The notes under the pieces: generated by a model
Told to the model about the DNA's origin: nothing
What the model saw: the letters and a program-made list of their open reading frames with translations, nothing else
Databases searched by the model: none
Position numbers and translations under genes: made by a program
Shown here: one piece after another, positions 32,402-43,950 of the stretch
Position numbering within the stretch: the stretch's first letter is position 1
Layout of the letters: every line of letters begins with the position of its first letter
NCBI GenBank assembly: GCA_019828565.1
Contig: JAHDYR010000038.1
Span: 574,735-638,734 of the forward strand
Reading direction: 5' to 3'
Length of the DNA: 64,000 nt
Source of the DNA: Carpediemonas membranifera BICM
Lineage: Eukaryota > Protista > Fornicata

Positions 32402-33277
32402 ATGCTGAGAACCGTGGCCTATAGACACTTTTCGACAGCGTTGTTTGCTGACAGTATCTCTTCGTCGTTATCTAAGCTTACAAACGCTATATCTAATGTT
32501 ATTGAGCCGGAATTTGAGCCGTTTGCGCAACTCTCACTTGAGAACGTTGATTTGGACGTCCCTGAAGAGGAAGAGGAAGTTTTTTCTGCCGAGGATGCAC
32601 CTGAACATAGCGCCATTGCGTATAGACCGGGCCCCCTTGTCGCTGTGGGCCGTACATACTCTCCGGGGCTCTCTCCCGCCCGCAGACGCCTCTACAAGGC
32701 CCTCTCGCTGACCCCGATCGTCGGGTTCTTCTTTGATCGGTTCCTCTACGATCAAGACGACAATGAGGGATGGCTCAAGCTCGGTAACAGTCAGTGGGGC
32801 AAGGGCACGGAACTTGGTATCAACGTCGGCCTCGTGTCCGCGTGGATCCCGCAGTTTGTCGCCCAGATCATGGAAGCGTACTTCATGAACGACGTGGCGA
32901 CGCTCCGTGAGTGCTGTGCCGACGGAGCTTTGTCTATTCTTCTGCAAGGCTTGAAGGAGCAGCGAGACAAGCACCTCAGCGTACAAGGGCGCACTTACCG
33001 TATCGGCACGACTGACCTGGCCCGCGTTGGCGGCGACGACAGGCCCACGCTGACCGTGAACTTCACTCTGAGCCACTTCTTCCGGGTCAACGACCCTCGG
33101 GGCCACTGTCTCCATGGGAGTAAGAAGGGCCGCGACTACACGTACACGGCCACGATCTCCCCCGAGAAGGGGCAGTGGGTCGACCTGACTGAGGGCGACG
33201 CCAAGGAGGAGGTGCGGTGGATGCTCACCGACATACACGCGGAGACGGTGGACTACGTCGCGAACAAGGAGGAGTAG
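32402..33277 (+). CDS. Tim44-like protein with putative mitochondrion-related-organelle presequence
   Basis: N-terminus MLRTVAYRHFSTALFA; IMEAYFMNDVATLRECCADGAL resembles the Tim44 C-terminal domain; W-x-L-x-D near the end. Confidence 0.6.
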   Translation: MLRTVAYRHFSTALFADSISSSLSKLTNAISNVIEPEFEPFAQLSLENVDLDVPEEEEEVFSAEDAPEHSAIAYRPGPLVAVGRTYSPGLSPARRRLYKALSLTPIVGFFFDRFLYDQDDNEGWLKLGNSQWGKGTELGINVGLVSAWIPQFVAQIMEAYFMNDVATLRECCADGALSILLQGLKEQRDKHLSVQGRTYRIGTTDLARVGGDDRPTLTVNFTLSHFFRVNDPRGHCLHGSKKGRDYTYTATISPEKGQWVDLTEGDAKEEVRWMLTDIHAETVDYVANKEE

Positions 33278-33473
33278 GGTGGCATCTGTTATAAAGTCTA
33301 TCCGAGGAATTCTTGGAACGAAGAAAAGTAATTGGACCACAAGAATGGCAGACGAGACAATCATGATGATATCTGTACGACAAGTGTGTCATGCCGTCAA
33401 CTGCTGGGCCATGGCGACCTCACGTGACTCGGTTGACTCCGCTGTGTTCTTGCCCAAATCGAGAAAGTGTCTG

Positions 33474-34332
33474 ATGCAGCGTGAGGACATTAAGGAGCAA
33501 ATAAGCAAGGTAGAAGAGCTCAAAGCAATCTATAGTAGTAAGATTGAGTATGTATTTCCTCCAAACCTCACACAGAGAGATATCTAAGCGCACCGCCGAG
33601 ATCGGTTTCTCAGAGGCAGTTATAGCCTTGAAAACGGAAGCAGATAACGAAATAGCTGTGTGCACGAAGGTCCTGCGCGACATGGCTCGTATCCTCACCC
33701 AGTTCGACCGCGTTCCCCCCTCGACAGCCCTGCCGTGCGCCGCCACACCGGGCACAGTGATACTAGCCCGTCTCCCGGACGTGGGCATGGTCCCTGCCTC
33801 AATTAGAGTTCGCTACAGTGCGATCAAGTTCAGTGTTTCGTTTATTGGGACCGAGGCCGAGGGCGAGGTCTTCCTCAGCGAACTGAGGAACCCGGCCCTC
33901 GAGAACAGCGGCATGGACCCCGCAAAGGGCCAGGAGGTATTCGCAATTACGCCCAGCAGCGTCAAGTACATCAAAGCGGAGTTCCTGGAGTGGACCCAGT
34001 TCCCTGAGGCCCGAGTCACAGTCGCCGGGCACACGGTCCTCGCGCCGTTCGTAGTAATGGCCACGGATGCCATGGCGCAGTGGGTGGCAAAGGGGAAGGT
34101 GACAGTCAGTGCAGATGGAGTGGCCCAGGCGAAGGCAGCGAAGAGGAAGGCGGAGAAGACGAAGGCACCCCACGGGGCTATGGAAGAAGTCGTGGCTGTG
34201 TTGCAGGGCGGGCATAAGAGCGCGCTAGACTCACTGAAGGCCAGTGGAAAGGCGGAAAGGCAGACTACTGCTGCAACGAACGCCAAGCAGGTCGCCGCGT
34301 GGAAGAAGTGGCAGAAGCGCAGCAGGACTTGA
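33474..34332 (+). CDS. Tudor-domain protein, SPF30/SMNDC1-like; intron 33548-33575; start uncertain
   Basis: Removing GTATG...CACAG (28 nt) joins the frames. N-terminal helix, Tudor-like FSVSFIG..EVFLSELR and C-terminal KQVAAWKKWQ. Confidence 0.45.
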
Positions 34333-34424
34333 TTGACTTTACATGATATACGTCGCGTGTGATGAGCTCGACGGTCCAGTCCCGCGTGGCGGTCAGTTGG
34401 CGTCTGCGGCGGGTAGCGATTCTC

Positions 34425-34667
34425 GGATGGTCTGGGTGACCGAGGGCGTCACCCACTGCTACTTTGGAATGAAGCGTGAAGCGTGCTAGCATGATCCCTG
34501 TTGAGGCGACAGAAGTCAGGTTTGCCCTCAACAGACTCCGCGACTCCACCGGCCAGTGGTTTGAACTGGTGGGCGAGGAAGATGGGGTGGCTGAGCTTGT
34601 CGAGTGCAAGGCACCCAGATGGTCGGTGGACATCATTCCCGTCGACATCGACCCGTTTCACCCATAA
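34425..34667 (+). pseudogene. 3' remnant of the RCC1-like repeat family
   Basis: MVWVTEG and TGQWFELVGEEDGVAELVECKAP..IIPVDIDP are nearly the same as the C-terminus of 775-1197(-). Confidence 0.75.
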
Positions 34668-35429
34668 ACTTCATGTGCCCTCTCTGTCTCCCACCGTCAT
34701 CATCCGTTCAAGCATTGCCTCCGAAACACTGCCACCCTCTCCACAAGCGACATTACCCCGGTCCATTGTCGCCAGGTACAGACGGTGAGAGGTATAGCTG
34801 GCCCTATACCATCTCTGCCTTCTCTCCTTCGATCCGGGTGGCCATCAGAACTGAATGAAGGCGCGGGCGATATCGGAGGAAGGGTGCATTGCAAAGTGGA
34901 GGCAGAGAATGAATCGTTTATGGAGATTTGAGGTCCTTGATGTTGTTATATAGGGCTGTTGCGCCGCTTTGAGCACTACCCGACGGTGAAACATTCGGGA
35001 AGCTTCCAAGGCGACGCATGGTATAGCAATCGATTGGCGACAACCATTTTGTTGTTAAAAGGTTCTCATGGCATCGAGAGCAGCTTTTTCGATAAGATGT
35101 CTTTCATCAAGCGTTTTTTTTCATGCAAACCTTTTCTCACATTTTTTCATACAGTCTGCGAAGTCCATCCCGAGGAGGCCCCGGCACACGATGGGCGTGG
35201 CCGGAGCTCACTGGAGCTCACTACACTCTCGCTCTCAGGCATTTATCACAAGCTACAACATCTAGAGGTCCCAGCATATCCACGGATTGCCGAACGCGCG
35301 CACACGACGTGGGTCCACGGTCGCGCCCTGGCTCATCAGCTGGCCGTCGCGCGTCTCCATCAGCCCCTTACAAACGAGAAGTCATAACCTGCACCACACT
35401 GACGACGATTCATTAATCAACCTCAAGCA

Positions 35430-36107
35430 ATGGCGAAGCTCACCGCTGAGGCCTGGGAAGAGAAATATAACCAGCTTATTGCGTACAAGGATCAGATGGG
35501 CGAGCTCAAGCGAACCAACGCGAAGCTTAAGTTCGATGCTGCCAGTGGACGTGCTGATGCGCTGTACAAGGAGATGAAGCGAGATATCTCAACCTTTAGG
35601 AGCAACATGACCATGTACAGGCTAACGAGCACCCAAGTTACTGGCATGACGAAGAAGCTCGAGGACGTTCGCCGCACCATCCTCCACATTACAGGCACGA
35701 CGACCAAGCCCACAGGCCCAGCTCGCCAGCGGAAGTCCACATACGAAGAGACCGAGCAGTCCCGGGGGATGGACAACGCCAGCATGCTGTCGTACCAGCA
35801 GGACGAGCTCAAGGGCCTGGACACTCACCTGGATGCGTTGCACGACACCGTTAGGACTATCAGGATGACCAGTGAGGACATCGGGGACGAGCTAGACCGG
35901 GGGGATGACATCATCGACGAGACATCTAGCTTGATGACGAAGCAGACAGGAAAGCTCGGCAAGGCGACCAAGCGCATCAAGAAGACGCGCCGTATCACCA
36001 AGGGTGGGCTGTCCCTCATCTGCCTCAACGCGTGCGTCTTTCTGCTGCTGATCATCATTTTCCTCAGCGCCCTATTCATCCCTTCGGGATGGCCCGTCAA
36101 CCATTGA
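35430..36107 (+). CDS. Qc-SNARE (syntaxin 6/8-like)
   Basis: QQDELKGLDTHLDALHDTV..IGDELDR SNARE coil plus a C-terminal TM helix. Confidence 0.8.
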   Translation: MAKLTAEAWEEKYNQLIAYKDQMGELKRTNAKLKFDAASGRADALYKEMKRDISTFRSNMTMYRLTSTQVTGMTKKLEDVRRTILHITGTTTKPTGPARQRKSTYEETEQSRGMDNASMLSYQQDELKGLDTHLDALHDTVRTIRMTSEDIGDELDRGDDIIDETSSLMTKQTGKLGKATKRIKKTRRITKGGLSLICLNACVFLLLIIIFLSALFIPSGWPVNH

Positions 36108-36253
36108 TGCTAGATGTAAAGTTTTTGTTTACAGTACCGTGCAGGCAAGCCCCTATGCCTTCCCTTGCAGGTCAGCGTCCAGGCAGCCCAGTGAAGAGCT
36201 TTGTGCACTTTATGCTCACAATTCCTTCAAGTGCTTTCCAGATTTCCTGTGGC

Positions 36254-38020
36254 ATGGGCACGACAATAATGATGTCTAGGGCGAACGAACCGAAGATTTT
36301 CGCGGCTAGGGAAGCGGAAGCGGATAATTTTCTCCACGAGTTCCGCTCTTTTCGCGATGCCCGATTCTCCATTCTTGCCTCGCAGCAGGATGCGTCCACG
36401 CAGATGTCAAACGGCACAGAAGAGTCCTTTTCACAGACCAACTGGGTACCAAGCGTCAACGACTGCACCCAGTACCAGCTCCCCGAGTTTTCCCAACAGG
36501 ACCTTGAGTCCCGCCTCAACGACCCCGCCCTCTTCCAGTTCATCAGCCACGCCTCTGACCAGGTAGAGAGTGCACTATTCCAAAACGAGAGAGACGTTTG
36601 GGGCCCCTTTTTGACGAGAGACGAGGACGACGACTTTGAGCTCGGCGGCGGATCTCATACAGGTCTGGAGGAGAAACAGAGCTTCTCACACCTCGCAATC
36701 AGCAAGGGGAAGATGCTTTCGTGCGCCAGGTGGATGCCCGGCCACAAGGACGGTGCTGTCGCTGTCTCGTGCTCAGACGCCGTGCCCTTCAACGTCCGGG
36801 CCGGCTCGACCATCCCGGAGGACGCGCATGTCCTCATCTGGTCGTTCAAGGACCCGATCAAGCCCCTTGCCATCCTCGTGGCCCCCAACAATGTAGAGAC
36901 ACTCGAGTTCTCGCCCAACGGAACACACTTAGCGGGCGGACTCAGCTCGGGCCAGATTTGCATATGGTCGGCCGAGGAGGCGATTGCTACGACAACGGCA
37001 GACATACCTATCGAGCCCCTGCGGATGTCGTCCCCCTTTGCCATTGCATACACGCCGTTTGGTCACGTTGGGCAGGTTACGGCACTCACATGGCTTTCCA
37101 ACACCACATTCGTATCCGTAGCTGACGACGGCACGATGTGCACCTGGGATGTGGCCAAGGAGGTCGACGGCATGCTCGTCCCCACGGCCCAGACCGCTCT
37201 CATGGAGGGCGAGGCCAAGTTCTTCCCCACCGCCGTCGCCACCACCCGCATAGCACATCAGTTCGACCTCCCCGAGGGCTTTGCAGACGCCGAGGAGTTC
37301 GTCCACTCCCGCCGCTGGGCCGAGCTCGAGCACGGACACCGCAGGAACAAGTCGAAGGCAGACCCCGAAGCCGAGCCCCCCGCCTGCACAAACATCCTCG
37401 TGGCAGGCTTTGATGGAGTCATTTCACCCCTGCCCACGGCCGTCATCGCAGGCCCGCAGCTCCGCCTGCCCAGGCCGTTCAACGCCCACGAGGCGGAGGC
37501 CCCCATTCTCTCGGTCCAGCCGGCCCCTCTCGTGCGGTCACTGCTCCTCACATGCACCCCAGTATCCTTCTCCATCTGGGACTCGGGCGTCCCGTTCCCT
37601 GTCTACACATCGCCGCCGATGCCTGGCATGCTGACGGGCGCCATATGGTCCGAGTCCAGGCCTGCTGTGGTCATTGTGTCGCGCGTTGACGGTGTTGTTG
37701 ATCTGTGGGATCTGCTGGATCGGACGCACGAGCCATATATTTCCTCGCCGGTCGCGATGTCGGCGATTACCGCGCTGTCTTATGCCGTTAAAGTGCGTTG
37801 TCCCGATGCAACTGGCCGGGGCACGCATCTCCGCGACATCATTGCTGCTGGCGACGACAAGGGAGCGCTACACGCGCTCGAGGTGCCCAAGATTCTCTCG
37901 CAATATTCGACCGCAGCCCACACATCTACCCAGGGGCGGCAGAAGCACGAGCTCTCGGTGTTGGTCCACCATGTCGTCAAGGAGGTCGAGAAGACTGTCT
38001 ACGTGAAGCAGTGGCAGTAG
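36254..38020 (+). CDS. WDR63: Axonemal dynein intermediate chain, WDR63/DNAI3 (IC140)-like
   Basis: LIWSFKDPIKP, AGGLSSGQICIW and WSESRPAV..VDLWDLLDRTHEP motifs. Start uncertain. Confidence 0.75.
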   Translation: MGTTIMMSRANEPKIFAAREAEADNFLHEFRSFRDARFSILASQQDASTQMSNGTEESFSQTNWVPSVNDCTQYQLPEFSQQDLESRLNDPALFQFISHASDQVESALFQNERDVWGPFLTRDEDDDFELGGGSHTGLEEKQSFSHLAISKGKMLSCARWMPGHKDGAVAVSCSDAVPFNVRAGSTIPEDAHVLIWSFKDPIKPLAILVAPNNVETLEFSPNGTHLAGGLSSGQICIWSAEEAIATTTADIPIEPLRMSSPFAIAYTPFGHVGQVTALTWLSNTTFVSVADDGTMCTWDVAKEVDGMLVPTAQTALMEGEAKFFPTAVATTRIAHQFDLPEGFADAEEFVHSRRWAELEHGHRRNKSKADPEAEPPACTNILVAGFDGVISPLPTAVIAGPQLRLPRPFNAHEAEAPILSVQPAPLVRSLLLTCTPVSFSIWDSGVPFPVYTSPPMPGMLTGAIWSESRPAVVIVSRVDGVVDLWDLLDRTHEPYISSPVAMSAITALSYAVKVRCPDATGRGTHLRDIIAAGDDKGALHALEVPKILSQYSTAAHTSTQGRQKHELSVLVHHVVKEVEKTVYVKQWQ

Positions 38021-38501
38021 GGGATGGTGTTGTGAATAAATCGTTGTATCAGCGGTGATGTAGTGAATGGTGGTGTAGGGCTGGATGATAGGTATGTGTG
38101 AGGACTGCGCGGGACACATCATGATGTGCCGTATCCGAGGCAACTATTGAGTATCAAGTGCGAGACCACTGGCAGGGTTCATGTGCGGTGAACCTTCCTG
38201 ACCCACGCTCGAGTCGATTTTCATACAGATCCTTTGTCCCTGAAGGCATGCTCGATCGACACTGCGAATCGTATCAATTTGTATGTGCATTATGATCACA
38301 TAACCGGTCCCACTGGTCCAACGTTGTCAGCGGCCCGACCTGGCTAGCCCAGGAGCGGAGCAGCGAGTAACGTTCGCGAAACGGGAGTAGATGTCGTAGT
38401 TGCCACGGATAATGGCGATGGCTACGCGCTGGTACAGGGCTGTAGGTGACCAGTCCGCGAGCCTTATCCTGCGTGACTCCGCCTCTGAGGCCGGAGGCGC
38501 A

Positions 38502-40100
38502 ATGCAAGCATCGCAGGAAAGTGATGACGATCAGGTGACTGTAGTGTTTTCAATTGCTGCGTGGAAGGCTCTTGGACGTGTAATTGGCTTTTCAAGCAAG
38601 ATCTCTGAAGACATTTGCTTCGTATTCTACTATAACCCTCCTTCTCGCGGATTGAATCCTTCTTCAACTGGGCCAGTGATGGCTACTCGCGTTGTTCACA
38701 GCGGAGAGACTATCTTTGCCAACGTAGCGTACCAAACGAAGTTCTTTACCATGATCAACATCCGTGAAGACCTCCAACCGACGCCCGCGGATCCCCTCTT
38801 CTACTGGCTCCCCGCCAAGGCGCTCCAGACACTGTTCACATACCGCCAAGACATGGAGGAGATCACCCTTCACCTCACACCCCTCTCGTTCACGACTTGC
38901 TTCCAAGTATCTGACGGGTCCGCTTCCATCTCATACGCCGTGCGGTGTGTGGACCATGATACGTACCTAGCTCAAGCCCACTACGCCAAGCGGCAGTCAG
39001 ATATCCCCCAGGAAGGCGACGAACCGACGCCCACCCTCTCCGTCGTCCAGGCCCCGCCGGACTTGCTTAAGACCCGCATGGCGACGATAGCCTCGGCCAC
39101 TGGGTCAAGCATGTCGGAGGCGAGCACGGTACAGTGGACGTGGGCCCAGGACGGCCTCACACTCCAGCCTGGGGGCGGGTCGACCATGTGCGAGAGCCAG
39201 GTCGGCCATGACGTGTTCAGCGGCGCGTTCGTGGTCGCCCCGGCCTCGTTCAAAACAGACTTGCCCTCAGTAACCGCTTTCCTCGCCATGTGCGGCCATT
39301 TACATACAATGCTGCCCCATGTAACAATCAGCTTCCTCCCGCCCCCCTCGTGTGCCGTCCTCACCGTCTCCCTCCACAACGTGGTCGAGATCGACCTCGT
39401 CTTGAGCACGGAATACGTCGAGATGTCCCACCGCCGTCTGGGGTCGACCGCCCTCACCATCACCGGCCCCAACACCGTCGGCCGCACGCCCGTCCTCGAC
39501 CAATCCATGCTCCCCCAGCGGCCTAGTGCTGCGAACACACCCGTGCGGCCGGACCTGCGCCAGGCAGTGAACACGAGCGGGCTCAACGCCACGCATATGT
39601 CGTTCAACAACCAGTCGTTCCAGGGGGAGATGGGGATGCCCCAGAGGCCGCAGCCCCCGCGCCGACAGCAGCAGATGCCCCCGCCCGCCCCACAGACCGC
39701 GAACACGCCGCATATGGCGGCCAACATGCTCGGGGCTGGGCTCGGGCAGTTTAGTGCTGGGCCTCCGGTGCTGTTTTCCGGACATTCTACTGGCCCCGCG
39801 CACTTTAGGCAGGCTGCCCCCAGGAAATTTACCGAGATCGGGGGCGGGGTGACTCCAACGACTCCAAGGCCACAGCGGACCCCAGCGGAGGAGTACGACC
39901 GGCCAGACCCCCGAGCCACGCCAGTGCCTAAGCGGACAATGATTGAGTCGACCCAGATCTCGGACGGGCCGGTGCAGCAAGAGAGCTCGCGTGTTCTGGC
40001 AAGCGCGTCACAGAATTATTCGCAGGTTAACCGTATGAGAGCAGCAGCACTGCCGGAGCTGAATGCGATGTTCAGTGATAGTGACTATGAGAGTGACTAA
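38502..40100 (+). CDS. Divergent Rad9-like 9-1-1 checkpoint clamp subunit with a disordered tail
   Basis: KALGRVIGFSSKISEDI at the start, FLAMCGHL and LVLST closing a ~300-aa clamp-sized domain, and a long tail ending FSDSDYESD. Confidence 0.5.
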   Translation: MQASQESDDDQVTVVFSIAAWKALGRVIGFSSKISEDICFVFYYNPPSRGLNPSSTGPVMATRVVHSGETIFANVAYQTKFFTMINIREDLQPTPADPLFYWLPAKALQTLFTYRQDMEEITLHLTPLSFTTCFQVSDGSASISYAVRCVDHDTYLAQAHYAKRQSDIPQEGDEPTPTLSVVQAPPDLLKTRMATIASATGSSMSEASTVQWTWAQDGLTLQPGGGSTMCESQVGHDVFSGAFVVAPASFKTDLPSVTAFLAMCGHLHTMLPHVTISFLPPPSCAVLTVSLHNVVEIDLVLSTEYVEMSHRRLGSTALTITGPNTVGRTPVLDQSMLPQRPSAANTPVRPDLRQAVNTSGLNATHMSFNNQSFQGEMGMPQRPQPPRRQQQMPPPAPQTANTPHMAANMLGAGLGQFSAGPPVLFSGHSTGPAHFRQAAPRKFTEIGGGVTPTTPRPQRTPAEEYDRPDPRATPVPKRTMIESTQISDGPVQQESSRVLASASQNYSQVNRMRAAALPELNAMFSDSDYESD

Positions 40101-40247
40101 ACACGCAGCATGACTTGGCTTGGGTCAATTTTTACCAGTCAGTGTCCTGAGTATCACTTGATGTGAGACGCTTTGTGGCCAGCTTTGCCGTGCTTGGTCA
40201 AAAATCTCCATATTTTTTTCTTGCAAAAAAGCCAAGACTTTGTACAA

Positions 40248-40727
40248 ATGGCTGAAGACGCTGGCGTTATCCGCATTAAGCTTTCCGACGGTGAGATCGT
40301 TGAGTATGACAAGAACCGCCTCATCGAGGAGTCGAGATTCTTCGCTGACGCTTGCGCTGGTTCCGAGGGCCCCCACGAGATCCCTGTAACCACCGCTATC
40401 TGGGGCAAGATCAAGTCCTGGCTTGATGTTCCCCGCTCTGACGACAACAGTGAGGATAGCGAGCTTCGCCGTTTCGAGAAGACCATGTTCAACGCGAACA
40501 ACCAGCCCGAGATTTTCGGCACGATGATTGCGTCCGACTTCCTCCAGATGGACCTCCTCACCGATGCTGGCATCGACTTCGTCGCCAACATGATGCGTGG
40601 CAAGACCCCCAAGGAGCTCCGCCGCCTCTTCAACATCCCCATGGACTGGTCTCCGTCGGAGATCAGCGAGCTCAAGGAGAAGTACCCCTTCCTCAAGGAC
40701 TCCGACGTGTTCGACCCCGTGGACTAA
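40248..40727 (+). CDS. SKP1: Skp1
   Basis: IRIKLSDGE, MIASDFL and VANMMRGKTPKELRRLFNI motifs. Confidence 0.88.
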   Translation: MAEDAGVIRIKLSDGEIVEYDKNRLIEESRFFADACAGSEGPHEIPVTTAIWGKIKSWLDVPRSDDNSEDSELRRFEKTMFNANNQPEIFGTMIASDFLQMDLLTDAGIDFVANMMRGKTPKELRRLFNIPMDWSPSEISELKEKYPFLKDSDVFDPVD

Positions 40728-40962
40728 ATATGTGAAATTGCATCATTCATTGACTTGAAGACAGCCCGAGCTCGAGAATCAGAGCTTGTGGTCAAATGGC
40801 GCTTTGCTGTGGAGCTTTACCTGGGTCTTGTGCCCTAAACCACGGACTTAATGATGAATTTTGGATGCATAACAGTCAGCCCAGACCTCATCCCATTGAA
40901 ACACCTGCCCAGGAAGACGTTGGGCGATGATCACGTTTTGTCAGATTTGGCCACCTCACACG

Positions 40963-42309
40963 ATGAACACCGATGCCGTCTTTGGAGGCGCAATTGACTG
41001 GCATACGCCGAGTGATACGCAACACAAACGAGACATAGCCAAGAAATTGCTAGCTATAGAGCCGCCAAACTTTTCCAAGCCCTCAACAGAAGACCAGGCT
41101 CACAAGCAGCCCGAAGAGGCTGCTAATACAGACACTTTCAACGTGAAAGACATATACTTCGACAAGGACAACTGGGACAGCTTCTCGAACTGGCGCAGCA
41201 TCATCCTTGATGAAGCAGCGAGGATCCAAAAGGCCCTCGCTGAGCCTCCAGTCGTCATCGAGACGACAACAGCGTCTGTACAGGCAGATGAGGACGAGGG
41301 GCCAGTCATTGCCCGGTCTGCGGCAGTGCAGGTGGACGCGCCCATCGCTCCAGCCGCGGAGCCGATACTGGCAGACGCCACAAGCACAGAGCCCGAGCCT
41401 GCCCCGCTCGCAGTCCTGGTCGACGCCGTCCCCCTCCGTGGACCTGACCCCGCGCCAGTCCCAGCACAAGTCACCTGCATTGCTCCAAAGAATGTGCCCC
41501 GAGTGATCGTCGAGACCATGGCTGTGTCGGTGCAGGCGGACGAGGACGAAGGGTCTGCTCTCACCCGCAGTGCCGGTGTACAGGCCGACGCGCCTGCCGC
41601 AGCCATTCCAGGGGTCGGTTCGAGAGTCGAGCCGGAGTCGACGCCCGTGGTCCATGTGAACAGCAGCCCGCCCCGGATTCCGGAGCCGGAGCCTGCCAGC
41701 GCCAGAGATGCCGAGCCACCAGTACGCGAAATATCGCCTGAACCATCACCCGTGGCTTCTCCTGAGCTTTCTCCGGATCCTGAGCCATCCGCACTCTCGC
41801 TCCCGATCGACCCCCGCTTCGCGGACATGAGCATCGCCCAGGTCATCGAGCTTCTACACGCCTCCCCCCTGCTCGCCCCCTCCCCCGCCTATGAGCAGGC
41901 CGAGCACACAGCCGAGCCTGCCCTGGCCCACGAGAGCCCCGTAGCGGCACCAGAGCAAGAGCATGGCGATGAGACTGACTCTGAAACCAAGTCGGAACCC
42001 GCGCCTGACAGGCACAGACAGGCAGAGTCAGAGACCGAGGTCGAGGCTGAGTTCGAGCAGCAGTGCCCTGTTGATCCCCAATCCGAGCAGGGCTCCGACG
42101 ATGTGCCGCTCGAGTCGACCGCGAGGTACGTCGGCGAGATTATGCGACTGGCCCGTGACCAGGTGGATGAGGCGGACGCGTTGCTACCGGGGGTGGCTAG
42201 CCTGCTCGACTCAACCGACTCGCTTGAGGACATCATTGCGAGACCGCTTGACCCGGAGGCCGAGGATATTCGGCGGAGGGTTGAGGGACTTCTCAATAAG
42301 TTTAGATAG
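40963..42309 (+). CDS. Hypothetical Pro/Glu/Ala-rich protein with an internal duplication
   Basis: ET..xSVQADEDEG..RSAxVQxDAP unit occurs twice (~41250 and ~41505). Confidence 0.65.
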   Translation: MNTDAVFGGAIDWHTPSDTQHKRDIAKKLLAIEPPNFSKPSTEDQAHKQPEEAANTDTFNVKDIYFDKDNWDSFSNWRSIILDEAARIQKALAEPPVVIETTTASVQADEDEGPVIARSAAVQVDAPIAPAAEPILADATSTEPEPAPLAVLVDAVPLRGPDPAPVPAQVTCIAPKNVPRVIVETMAVSVQADEDEGSALTRSAGVQADAPAAAIPGVGSRVEPESTPVVHVNSSPPRIPEPEPASARDAEPPVREISPEPSPVASPELSPDPEPSALSLPIDPRFADMSIAQVIELLHASPLLAPSPAYEQAEHTAEPALAHESPVAAPEQEHGDETDSETKSEPAPDRHRQAESETEVEAEFEQQCPVDPQSEQGSDDVPLESTARYVGEIMRLARDQVDEADALLPGVASLLDSTDSLEDIIARPLDPEAEDIRRRVEGLLNKFR

Positions 42310-42446
42310 GCGGTCTTTGTGTAGTATAAAGCTGGCAGGACCTGCGTGGGCCCTCTATTGCTGTCTGCTGCGCGCTTGGCAGGGTTGACGATGCTTCAGT
42401 CGCCCGGTAGGAACAACACTGCTGGAATTTTTTTACTGGACAAACG

Positions 42447-43950
42447 ATGCACCTCCAAATTGTTCTCTGCTTCCTCATCCTCGTGGCGGCAGAGAAGGTG
42501 TGCGTGACCTCTGTGTTTGGTGATTCGCTCTGCACAGTGAACTCTCTCAGTTCGTCCTCTCCTGTTGACTTCTTACTCAGTATCAGACGTATTCTCGTCC
42601 GAATACAGCGACCCAGGTATCAAAGACTACAACGACATAAGCAGCGACGTCAGTAATGCACAGCAGGCATTCTTCGGCATCGATCAGATGACGATTGTCT
42701 CTTCCTACGAGACTGGCTCCCCCCTCATCTCCTCTCCCTCGGGCTCCTCGTACCAGACGGTGTTCGCCATCCCAGGATCGTCATACACGTCAGCATGCAC
42801 GCCCTCCCATGTCATAGGCTTCGACGTATCCGGCTCTTCTGAGTGCACAATCGCTCTCACCGATCTGGCCTCGCAGTGCACGGCAAACGCGTACCTGGAC
42901 GTCAACAACTACATTGGACACATTGTGTACACTGATATTACTGCAAGCGCCACTGTGACAGTGACCCAGGGCACCACGTACACCAAGGACCTCACCACGG
43001 GCGTCATTACCGCCGCCGGGACGGCAGTGGCCCCCTCCTACTCCGCCCCGTCCTGTAGCAGCGCCATCATGGGGGGTACATACGAGATTACTGTCGGGGC
43101 AGCTGATGGTGCGATCTCGGCCGTCGTGTTCCACCCCGTGATCGCCACCCTCACGACGAGTGCCGAGAGGGCCGACCTCTCGTTCGAGTACGTATTCGTG
43201 AGCGATGACTCGACCCTTGAGGCCACGTACACGCCTTCTGGCACCCCTGGCTATGTGCCAGGCATGCCTGTCCGGGCCGGCGTGTCGACGGGCAGCGCCA
43301 TTGACACCACGGACCGATTCCTCACGCTCAGAGTCCCAGTAGCGAACGAAGACGGCACATGCCCCGCTGAGTCGGCACCATACGGCACCCCCCGGTCCAT
43401 GAGCGCTGTATACGGCCAGGACATCCGGTCGACGTGCACAATAAGCACAACTGCTGCCGCAATGGGGGCCGACTGCGAGGCATTCAGGGAGACCGCCCTG
43501 AACACGCTCTGGGGCGAGGACTCGAGCCAGGTGACACACATTGCGACATTCGGCAACAGCGACTTTGCCGACCTGACTGAGTGGGTGGCCATCGACAAGC
43601 CCAGCCTGCCCACCGTCTCAGCGGATGCTGGTTCAGAGGGCTACTGCACAGACGTCCCTGTCGCCATTGTTTACGAGCTGGTGGCGGCCAGGACGGGCGC
43701 GGTCTCCTCTCCGGATATCCGGATTGCCGCCGCCCAGATGACTGTCAAGACTGCGACGGTCCGGATCGGGTCGACCTCACCCTTTGCCCAGAGCACTGTG
43801 CCGGCCGTGACGCTGGCGTGGGAGGTACGGTTCACTGAACTGGACCAGGATAGGACTGGCAACGTGCTCAGCGGGGACTCACTCCAGGCGCCGTCGTTCT
43901 TGCCGACACTGCCCGCAGACATATTCTACCCCCTCAGTGGGAGCACTTGA
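42447..43950 (+). CDS. Tectonic-like ciliary transition-zone protein; intron 42550-42580
   Basis: A signal-peptide exon joins via GTTCG...CTCAG (31 nt). SGTPGYVPGMPVRAG, HIATFGNSD and LPADIFYPL motifs. Confidence 0.75.
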
